DNA of 64,000 nucleotides from Deferribacterales bacterium. Lineage in GTDB: Bacteria > Chrysiogenota > Deferribacteres > Deferribacterales > Geovibrionaceae. The notes under the pieces are model-generated. The model was not told the origin of the DNA. It searched no databases and saw only the letters and a program-made list of their open reading frames with translations. The stretch covers positions 160,001 to 224,000 of the forward strand of contig JBFWJS010000006.1 in the NCBI GenBank assembly GCA_050253075.1. Reading direction: 5' to 3'. The position numbers and the translations under genes are program-made. How positions within the stretch are numbered: the stretch's first letter is position 1; every line of letters starts with the position of its first letter. Positions 56,485-64,000 of the stretch are shown piece after piece.

Positions 56485-58497
56485 ATGAAGCTAAGTTTTA
56501 AAATGAAGATCATTTTACCGGTTCTTATTTCCGTGCTGCTATCTTTTATTGTATCCAGTCTGATTATATTTACATCCGTCAAAAAAGAATCAGTAAAAGT
56601 AGCAACTCAAAGTGCAAAAAATGAACTAGAGAAACATGCAGGGGAGATCTCAGGGGATATACGCTCAAGCATACATGTCGCGAAGACATTAGCAAACTTT
56701 GCAACAGTAACCTCTGCAAGCGACAGCAAGATGTCCAGAAACGAAACTATGGACTTCCTCGTACACGTACTGAGCGTCAATACCTCTCTGTATGATGCAT
56801 GGATTGTGTGGGAACCCAATCAGTACCACACAAACGACTCATCCCTCGGCGAAGAGTCGTTCGTATATAAAAATCGTTTCTCACCCATGGCATACAGAGA
56901 CGGCAACAACATAAGCAAAGCAAATACGACGATTGTAGACGACAACAGCGGCATAGACGACTGGTATTACGTCCCGCTGAAGAATGGAGCCTTTAACATA
57001 GCGAAACCGACAACGTATGAGATCGGCGGACAGAATGTAACCCTTATAACGATATCAGTACCTTTCAAAAAAGACGGCAAAATAATCGGTGTCGCAGGTG
57101 TAGACATGGCTATCAGCTATTTCAAGGAGCTGGTAAACGACATTAAGTTTTACGAAAGCGGATATGCTTTCCTTCTGACAGGAGATTTCACCGTTTTTGC
57201 ACACCCGAAAAAGAGCGAAGAAGGCAAAAGCTATAAGGATGTCTTCCCTGAAGCATACAAAGGCTCAGAAACTCTTAAAAACACGATATTATCCAAGAAG
57301 ATAGAAGGCACATCAGGCGAAACGCTCTTTGCTTTCCACCCGTTCAAAATACCTGAGACAGTATTCACACTGACAATGGCAATGAATGTCCCCGTGGACG
57401 AGGTTTTCGCATTTCTTGAGCCTATTAAATTAATGACAATAATCATCGTTGTAATATCTATCGCAGTTATCTCATTGATTATTTTCTACATCGCATCAAA
57501 GCTGGTCAGAACCCTCGGCGGAGAGCCCGACCATGTAATAGAGCTGATGAGCCATATATCAAAAGGCGACTTCACAAGAGATATCAAAGTCTCTGCAAAT
57601 GATAATTTCTCACTGGTCTATTCTGTTAAAATGATGGTGAATGAGCTGCGTATACTGCTGAGACAGATAATAGATAATGCGAACTCCCTGAGAGACACCA
57701 GCACAGACCTCAGCTCCGGAGCAAACGAGCTCTCAGCAGGGACCATCTCTCAGTCCGAGCGGTCTACACAGATAGCTTCCGCCACGGCAGAGATGACCCA
57801 GACCACACAAGAGATAGCTCAGAATCTGTCAGACATATCGGTGTATTCCTCTGAAACAGCAGATAAAGCAACACACAGCAAAGAGACAGTGCATGAATCC
57901 ACCAAAGGTGTCTTAAAGATCAAAGACACGGTGGATGCTTCCTCCGCTCTGGTACAGGAGCTAAGCGTTAGCTCAGAGCAGATCATAGAGATTGTGAGCG
58001 TAATCAGCGACATCGCCGACCAGACAAACCTCCTCGCACTGAATGCCGCCATCGAAGCAGCCAGAGCAGGAGATCAGGGGCGCGGATTTGCCGTTGTGGC
58101 GGATGAAGTGCGTAAACTGGCAGAAAGAACACAGGCCGCTACAACAGAGATAAGCGAGCTCGTAAACAGCACTCAGAAAGGCATTAAAAATGTCACAGGG
58201 TCTATGTCTGATGTGAAAATAAATGTCGATATGGGCGTAAAGATGACTCAGCAGGTTGCTGAATCGCTGGATATTATCGTTGAAAGCGTTAATTCACTTG
58301 AAGAGATGGTTTCAAGCATCTCAAGTGCTACATCTCAGATGGCATCCACCAGCGGTCAGATACAGATGGATATAGATGCCGTTGCGACTGTTTCCGAAGA
58401 GATAACTTTAACAGCAAACCACATTGCCGAAAGCTCATCCAATCTGGAAAATATGAGCGACAGCATGCGTGAGCTTGTTAAACAGTTTAAGATATGA
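56485..58497 (+). CDS. Methyl-accepting chemotaxis protein with dCache sensor
   Basis: 2 [57 protein letters not shown] at 56485 preferred. Confidence 0.93.
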   Translation: MKLSFKMKIILPVLISVLLSFIVSSLIIFTSVKKESVKVATQSAKNELEKHAGEISGDIRSSIHVAKTLANFATVTSASDSKMSRNETMDFLVHVLSVNTSLYDAWIVWEPNQYHTNDSSLGEESFVYKNRFSPMAYRDGNNISKANTTIVDDNSGIDDWYYVPLKNGAFNIAKPTTYEIGGQNVTLITISVPFKKDGKIIGVAGVDMAISYFKELVNDIKFYESGYAFLLTGDFTVFAHPKKSEEGKSYKDVFPEAYKGSETLKNTILSKKIEGTSGETLFAFHPFKIPETVFTLTMAMNVPVDEVFAFLEPIKLMTIIIVVISIAVISLIIFYIASKLVRTLGGEPDHVIELMSHISKGDFTRDIKVSANDNFSLVYSVKMMVNELRILLRQIIDNANSLRDTSTDLSSGANELSAGTISQSERSTQIASATAEMTQTTQEIAQNLSDISVYSSETADKATHSKETVHESTKGVLKIKDTVDASSALVQELSVSSEQIIEIVSVISDIADQTNLLALNAAIEAARAGDQGRGFAVVADEVRKLAERTQAATTEISELVNSTQKGIKNVTGSMSDVKINVDMGVKMTQQVAESLDIIVESVNSLEEMVSSISSATSQMASTSGQIQMDIDAVATVSEEITLTANHIAESSSNLENMSDSMRELVKQFKI

Positions 58498-58501
58498 AAT
58501 T

Positions 58502-58533
58502 AAAAAAAGGGAGCTTCGGCTCCCCTTTTTTTT
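58502..58533. terminator. Bidirectional terminator (cUUCGg loop)
   Basis: AAAAAAAGGGAGC-TTCG-GCTCCCCTTTTTTTT between convergent MCP genes. Confidence 0.85.
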
Positions 58534-58535
58534 GT

Positions 58536-59846
58536 CTATAATTTGAATTCCTTCAATAGATTCCTCAGGTTTTCCGACTGGGCATTCAGATCAGATGTCG
58601 TATCTGCTATGCTGCCGACTGCCTGATTGCTCTCTGTAAAGCCCGATGCCAGATTCTGTATGCTGGTGTTTATGTTTTGTATGGCTTCCACCTGCTGTTC
58701 TACGGCATTGCCTATGAGATTGTTCACCTCATTTACAGCCTGCACAGAGGTAAAGATAACGTCGAAATTGCTCTTAGTATCATTCGCCACAGCTACCCCT
58801 TTAGCAACGCTGTCCGAAGCGACAGACATCCCCTGAAACGCCTTAGACGTATCCTGCCCAAGCGCAGTGATGATGGAGTTGATGTCCTGAATGGCAGTCT
58901 GTGTCCTCTCTGCCAGTTTACGCACTTCATCCGCCACAACGGCAAATCCGCGCCCAGCATCGCCAGCTCTTGCCGCTTCTATGGCGGCATTAAGCGCAAG
59001 CAGGTTTGTCTGGTCGGCGATGTCGTTTATAACATTCAGAATGTCGCCTATCTCTGCTGATGATTTAGACAGACCTTCGATGGTCTTAGACAGCTCCGCA
59101 GTAGTGGCGCTTATATCACCTATCTTACCTATCAGCTCTTCCAGCTTCTTCTTACCCTGAACGGTGTTATGGGTTGTTTCGGTATTCTTATCAGCAGCAA
59201 CGCTGACATTGTGCATCACTTCAGAGGAAGATACGGATATCTCCTCCATAGCGCTGGCGATGCTAACCATCTGGTCGCTCTGATTGCTTACATTTAATGA
59301 GAGCTCCTCGGATGCTGATGAAACAGATACGCTGACCTCCGTCAGCTTTCCGGAGTTGTCCTGCACACTAGCCATGACACGTACTACCTTCTGTTTAAAT
59401 ATATCGAGCAGATTGATAACATTAGTTATCTCGCATCTGGTCTCGCTCTTCATCCCTTTCTCTTTTGAGAGGTTACCGAAGAGCAGAAGCTCATCTGTTC
59501 CGGTGTGCAGCCTGATCATCAGCTTTCTCAGATTAGCCACTAGGACCAGCAGAGCCAGTATAACAAAAGAAGCAAGGGCGGTGACCACAACTATCTTTAT
59601 CAACTGAGACTTATGTGTGCGCTCTTCCAGCTCGCTCTGAACAGCCTTGCTCATTGCATCCATCTCTGCCTCCAGCGCATGTACATAAGCCCGAACCTCA
59701 CCCTGAATACCGTCAGTGTGTTTCAGACCAAACTCGACCTCCTTCTCTACCAGCTTCAGAAAGTCTGCCTTATACGCCTCTAAAAGAGACAGGCTCTGCT
59801 CGAGTACAGTGGGATTGGTGATCTTTTCCTTTATAAGGACTATCAT
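58536..59846 (-). CDS. Methyl-accepting chemotaxis protein, apparently 5'-truncated (possible pseudogene)
   Basis: Intact MCP signalling domain, but only one TM; the frame stays open 16 codons upstream ([16 protein letters not shown]) to a TAG, with no first TM and no clear SD. Confidence 0.75.
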   Translation of the reverse strand: MIVLIKEKITNPTVLEQSLSLLEAYKADFLKLVEKEVEFGLKHTDGIQGEVRAYVHALEAEMDAMSKAVQSELEERTHKSQLIKIVVVTALASFVILALLVLVANLRKLMIRLHTGTDELLLFGNLSKEKGMKSETRCEITNVINLLDIFKQKVVRVMASVQDNSGKLTEVSVSVSSASEELSLNVSNQSDQMVSIASAMEEISVSSSEVMHNVSVAADKNTETTHNTVQGKKKLEELIGKIGDISATTAELSKTIEGLSKSSAEIGDILNVINDIADQTNLLALNAAIEAARAGDAGRGFAVVADEVRKLAERTQTAIQDINSIITALGQDTSKAFQGMSVASDSVAKGVAVANDTKSNFDVIFTSVQAVNEVNNLIGNAVEQQVEAIQNINTSIQNLASGFTESNQAVGSIADTTSDLNAQSENLRNLLKEFKL

Positions 59847-60005
59847 CTTGTCATAGTCTTTTATGAATGATTCTCTGTATGAGGCAGGATAAATCTATTT
59901 AAAATTCTTATCACATATATAGTCATATTTAATTATTATTGCATGATACAGGATGGTGATATACACTCTCTGAAACAGCCCAAACTATATGCGCATGAGG
60001 TATCA

Positions 60006-60599
60006 ATGGATATTGCAATACAGGTGTGGGCTGCAGGCTTTTATCTTCTGAATAAGGTCTTCTTCGCCCTCGCAGAGGGTAAATCACCGTCAACAAAACG
60101 TAAGCTGAAACTATGGGGATGGACAGTATACATTCTAGGTGTCCCCGGGTGGGTGATCATCCTCGCACAGCATCACAACTGGATCGCAGCGTCTGTGGAG
60201 TCGGGCGGTCTGCCTTCGATGTTCCTCGGTCTGTATATTGTCTATTACTCAAACAGACAGCCAAACAGAGCCGTCACACTCTTTACCAAATACTGCGTAT
60301 ACGTCTTTCTTTTCGTAGGTTTATCATACAGCCTCTATGACTACGGCGGACTGACATCCGTCAGACAGTTTCTGGAAATGGCCGCCATGGCGGGATTCCT
60401 GATAGGCAGCTACCTTCTGGCTCGGAATGACAACAGGGGCTGGCTGTTTTATATGGTGATGAATACGGGGATGATAATACTGCTATTCATACAGGGTAAA
60501 CCGCTCCTTTCACTACAGCAGGTCGTCTCACTTTCGTTTGTGATATACGGCTATACCGTAGCGGTGAGAGAGAGTAGAAAGACAGAGAGTGCCGTCTAA
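60006..60599 (+). CDS. PnuC-like membrane transporter (nicotinamide riboside/vitamin transporter family)
   Basis: About 6-7 TM, two-fold internal pattern (K..GW / GSYLLAR....GW.....N); ATG at 60006 with SD GAGG. Confidence 0.55.
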   Translation: MDIAIQVWAAGFYLLNKVFFALAEGKSPSTKRKLKLWGWTVYILGVPGWVIILAQHHNWIAASVESGGLPSMFLGLYIVYYSNRQPNRAVTLFTKYCVYVFLFVGLSYSLYDYGGLTSVRQFLEMAAMAGFLIGSYLLARNDNRGWLFYMVMNTGMIILLFIQGKPLLSLQQVVSLSFVIYGYTVAVRESRKTESAV

Positions 60600-60699
60600 A
60601 CTATAAATCACCTTGGGTAAACCCGTGGTTCTATGCTTCACATGTGCTTAACGCACATAGTTACAACTTCGTTTTCTCAGCTAGATCATATGCAAAAAA

Positions 60700-60877
60700 C
60701 GTCACTGCGAAGCCCAAAGGGCTGTGACACTAGCCGAAGGCTGTACGAGTCCATGAATAGTAATCAACGAGCTAGTATCTGCACTCGTTAATTTATACAA
60801 AGATGAAGGCGAAACAAGTTCGCCATTCTTCGTTTCACTTCGAAAGCTTCGTCAGCCTCCGGCTTTCTCGCAATGAC
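60700..60877. repeat. Head-to-head REP-like/MITE-like element with terminal inverted repeats
   Basis: Starts CGTCACTGCGAAGCCC and ends GCTTCGTC...CTCGCAATGAC (TIR GTCA[C/T]TGCGA, 9/10 match); internal hairpins AGCCCAAAGGGCT, AGCCGAAGGCT, GGCGAAACAAGTTCGCC. Confidence 0.65.
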
Positions 60878-60927
60878 TTTTATGCTCTTAAGCTGTGATT
60901 TGCTCATTCATCCAAGCATACATAAAC

Positions 60928-63213
60928 TTACCAATGGAACATCTTCTTCACTGACCCCACAGGGTCTTTGATAATACTTACCCCTTTGTCAACAACCTCT
61001 TGTGCTTTCTTCTTAAAGTTCTCTTCGACTTTATCTGAATCGCTTTTGCCGTCCAGATACTCTTCATATGTCAGCCCTGTATTGAAAGCGCTAGGAACAG
61101 GTATGCACAGCCCGACGGATATTGCGGCACATCTTGAACCGTCATACCACCATGCATTGCTGTAGTCTGACGTACGCAGACCTATGGTGGAGTTGGGCTT
61201 TTCTGCACCTTTCAAATTCGCATACCTCATATCGGACAACATAAAATATGCGTTCCCTAATGAAGCATTTGCAAAATTGGCAGCGCGGAAATCACAACCT
61301 AAAAAGATAGGATGATAATTAAGCCTGTCATTTGAAAACATATCACCTTGCCTGTAAACTCCGGCATTAGTAAAATCAGCTCTGCTAAAGTTAACGTTGA
61401 GCAGAATAAGATCATTATTTACATAGTCGTCATCTTCATAAAGGTCACGATGCATTAGGATATTAGAACGGTTTAAGTTTGCGCCTGAAAAATTGCCCCC
61501 TTCATAAAATGAAAGTACGTCATGCGTAGAAGAGCTCACATCGTCTCCTATCAAGCTCATGATAATATCAAAAATGGCTGACGATATATCATCCTTAAGC
61601 GCCTGAGCCGCAGCAGGATTCAAAATGTTAGAATAAAAATTAATATTTGTCCCAGCTTCAGAATCATGAGGATTTGATAGGTTAGCACCTGAAAAATTCG
61701 CTTCAGAGTATAATGACAATGTTCCGATATCGTATATATCTGCAACAGAGAAGTCGACATAGGAATACACTCGCGTATCTCCTGCATATATATATGTGTC
61801 TGTTAGATCAACGTCTGAATATATATTTAATTCTTTTACATAATCAAGCCTTGCATCTGTGAAATCAGCCCCGGAACCGCCACTGTCTATAGTCAGTGTC
61901 GTCTGATCGAAAGCCGTATTTGAAAAGTCATTATTGCTTCCGCTTATCGTAAAATCCGAGTTGTAGATAGTGGTTCCTGAAAAATCATTCCCGCTTCTAT
62001 CAACATTTAAATTTATCCTATCAAAAGAGCTGTTTGAAAAATTTGTATTCTTAGGAGAGAAATGCATCGTATAACTGCCATACATAGTGACACTTTCTTT
62101 ACTAAATGTACTGTTTGAAAAATCTGAATCATCAATTTTTGTATTAGCAAAATAGTCGTTGTATTCCCATCCGAAGAGAGTGGAGTCAAAGTTACTGCCG
62201 GAAAAATTACTGTTAGTAATGGATGAAATTTCCTTTGTGTCTCCATTGTAGAACTTCGCCAAGGTGAAGTTGGAGTTTTGATAACTGGAATCGGCGATGT
62301 TGTAGTATATGTCCTGTCGGTGGTAGCTTTCATTATCATGCGTAACGCCTGTTAATGTGGTGGCAAAAGATGTCGTATCAGCCTCAACAGCTCTGGAAGA
62401 TACGGACTCAACGGCTTTCGCCTGCACCGTTTCATAGGATAAAGCCTCAGCAGTCACGAAAGAATCTGGCACGGCATTAAGCGTAAAACCGACGCCTTCC
62501 ATCCTGATATCATTTGCGGTGAGAGCCATGAAGTAAGGTGTGTCGGAATCATCCAGCATAACAGCTCCGAGCCCTTCATATGCCCCTGCGTTATCACACC
62601 CTGACATTGTCATTGATATATCAAAAATGTTCTTCCCTTCTTCAGGTACGTATATATCGCCCGTCACATCACATCCGTCGATAGTTCCGGAGATAACCCC
62701 TTCATCAGATACCGTTATATCCATATCTGCAGTGGCATGTTCACCTGAAATGTCGGACAGGCTGACGCTCTTTTCATAAACTGTAGAATAGTATGAAAAC
62801 AGCTCGCCCTCCTGAAAGGCTGTATTCTGGAACGAACCGGTAAAGACATTCTGCTCATCGACAGTTGCAGAAACAAGCCCCACGGCAAATTTATTATTAT
62901 TGTCATACAGGTCGTAAAGTCCGTAAGATGTGGACGAATCCTCACGTCCGTCGGAGACCATATATATGCTTTCAGCCATTTCGTAAGTACCTGCATATGA
63001 AACGCCTGCATCTTCAGAAATGCCGTATATCCTGCCGTTGTATATGATGGTTTTCATGTCGAAGACACCTGTGCCAACGATAGACTGAGAGCCTATCCAT
63101 ATCCCTGAAGGGTTCTCCACATCTGATTCATCATGGCTGGAGCTGCTTCCGTTTAAGTCCATGCAGCCGGCAAAGGAAAGAGTAAAAAGTAAAACTAAGA
63201 TTAACCTAAGCAT
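60928..63213 (-). CDS. Pentapeptide-repeat-containing lipoprotein
   Basis: Lipobox SFAGC; acidic beta-rich N-terminal domain; pentapeptide-like repeats (SNFSG, ADFTD, ANFSG-ANLSN, CDFRA-ANFAN-ASLGN); W.DG..C.......C cap; ATG at 63213. Confidence 0.8.
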   Translation of the reverse strand: MLRLILVLLFTLSFAGCMDLNGSSSSHDESDVENPSGIWIGSQSIVGTGVFDMKTIIYNGRIYGISEDAGVSYAGTYEMAESIYMVSDGREDSSTSYGLYDLYDNNNKFAVGLVSATVDEQNVFTGSFQNTAFQEGELFSYYSTVYEKSVSLSDISGEHATADMDITVSDEGVISGTIDGCDVTGDIYVPEEGKNIFDISMTMSGCDNAGAYEGLGAVMLDDSDTPYFMALTANDIRMEGVGFTLNAVPDSFVTAEALSYETVQAKAVESVSSRAVEADTTSFATTLTGVTHDNESYHRQDIYYNIADSSYQNSNFTLAKFYNGDTKEISSITNSNFSGSNFDSTLFGWEYNDYFANTKIDDSDFSNSTFSKESVTMYGSYTMHFSPKNTNFSNSSFDRINLNVDRSGNDFSGTTIYNSDFTISGSNNDFSNTAFDQTTLTIDSGGSGADFTDARLDYVKELNIYSDVDLTDTYIYAGDTRVYSYVDFSVADIYDIGTLSLYSEANFSGANLSNPHDSEAGTNINFYSNILNPAAAQALKDDISSAIFDIIMSLIGDDVSSSTHDVLSFYEGGNFSGANLNRSNILMHRDLYEDDDYVNNDLILLNVNFSRADFTNAGVYRQGDMFSNDRLNYHPIFLGCDFRAANFANASLGNAYFMLSDMRYANLKGAEKPNSTIGLRTSDYSNAWWYDGSRCAAISVGLCIPVPSAFNTGLTYEEYLDGKSDSDKVEENFKKKAQEVVDKGVSIIKDPVGSVKKMFHW

Positions 63214-63328
63214 ATAAGTCCCCAAATAAAGTAATAAAAAAGTTTACATGTTAATAATCAACCTTACAAGTTAATTACATATAAATATGGATCAAGTGTT
63301 CTAAATAAATAAAACGAATAAGCAGCAA

Positions 63329-63823
63329 TTAGATCTCAAGCTGCATCCATACAGTGTCAAAGACCGTTCCGTTCTTTTCGACGGCATTCTTGAAGTGACC
63401 GCACTTTTCGAAACCATGCTTCTCATGAAATCGCAGACTCCCTTCGTTCAGGGATGAAATATGGGCAAGGATGACCTTTATGCCCTTCTTCTTTGCTTCG
63501 GCTATGGCGTGTGTCAGCATCTTTGAGCCGTAGCCCTGCCCAGTGTATTCGGGCGAGATGAAGTATGTTATCTCTGCTGTCCTGTCAAAGCATGAAAACT
63601 TCCTGTACGCCCGCATATACATATACCCTGCGAGCCTCCCTTTATCCTCGTCATAGACGCAGATATTGGGATAGTCCTTAAAGTCGTCATACAGCACGTC
63701 AAACCATTTCAGCTCCATCTCATGTTCGGGATAAGCGTTGAAAGTGTTTCTGATATAGTAGTTTACTATCTCCATGAATTCTTCGGCATCGCCCTGCCGT
63801 ATCTCTCTCATTATGACAGACAT
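63329..63823 (-). CDS. GNAT N-acetyltransferase (phosphinothricin/methionine sulfoximine acetyltransferase-like)
   Basis: T.E.TY.I.P...GQG.GS, N.GSL.FHEK.GF..CG.F....EK.G...D..WMQ. Confidence 0.88.
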   Translation of the reverse strand: MSVIMREIRQGDAEEFMEIVNYYIRNTFNAYPEHEMELKWFDVLYDDFKDYPNICVYDEDKGRLAGYMYMRAYRKFSCFDRTAEITYFISPEYTGQGYGSKMLTHAIAEAKKKGIKVILAHISSLNEGSLRFHEKHGFEKCGHFKNAVEKNGTVFDTVWMQLEI

Positions 63824-63914
63824 ATATCCCCCGATACTAAAAAGGGGAGCCGAAGCCCTAAGCCGTTTAAAAGACGTGTTGCTGCGAAAAATATTTCAGA
63901 TAAGAAAAGGTAAC

Positions 63915-63950
63915 CGTCACTCTGAGGAGTGAAGCGACGTGAGAGTCTCA
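63915..63950 (+). repeat. REP-like palindromic repeat (CGTC-type), copy related to 154..189
   Basis: CGTCACTCTGAGGAGTGAAGCGACGTGAGAGTCTCA. Confidence 0.75.
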
Positions 63951-64000
63951 TAAACTCTGATAATCAAGGTTTTATAGTCACTGTGACCAAAAGAGCTTAA

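Noticed and set aside
59900..60005. Possible riboswitch or NrtR site upstream of the PnuC-like gene
   Set aside because: Short, AT-rich region with no recognisable aptamer consensus or convincing dyad.

Overview
A gene-dense stretch of bacterial chromosome made mostly of housekeeping genes, with GC around the mid-40s % by eye. The gene content (PFOR, NifS/NifU-type Fe-S assembly, sigma54-driven glnB-glnA, leuS-lptE-holA, TAXI-TRAP) suggests an anaerobic Gram-negative organism, possibly Deferribacterota; that placement is an inference. In order, the window contains: the 3' end of a small GIY-YIG nuclease gene followed by a palindromic repeat; ubiA-like/ubiX; a putative acetate/monocarboxylate uptake locus (DUF4212-like subunit, Na:solute symporter, cNMP-CBS-DUF294 nucleotidyltransferase, Acs-like protein, CBS protein); an MBL/AraC pair; nifS-iscU-nfu; an HD-GYP-REC-birA-coaX-rodZ run; leuS-lptE-holA; sfsA; an SLT; a TrmJ-like methyltransferase; phoU-phoB-phoR-Na/Pi with Pho boxes; a DUF1998 helicase-exonuclease fusion; a THUMP methyltransferase; TAXI-TRAP and malic enzyme; EAL-HDOD; an HD hydrolase; an orphan hydrogenase cytochrome b; a STAS protein; an MltC/LPP20/FecR cluster; glnB-glnA; an Mla-like operon; PFOR; two MCPs (one truncated); a PnuC-like transporter; a pentapeptide-repeat lipoprotein; and a GNAT. 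The most notable observations are four full-length or translationally coupled genes that have lost catalytic residues (Acs-like without the P-loop and A10 Lys, IscS without the PLP Lys, an Asd-like protein, and MlaF-like without Walker A), a structured leader that displays a perfect SD sequence in a hairpin loop, and a CGTC/GTCA-type palindromic repeat family next to a GIY-YIG nuclease. I saw no rRNA, tRNA, CRISPR array, prophage or intact IS.
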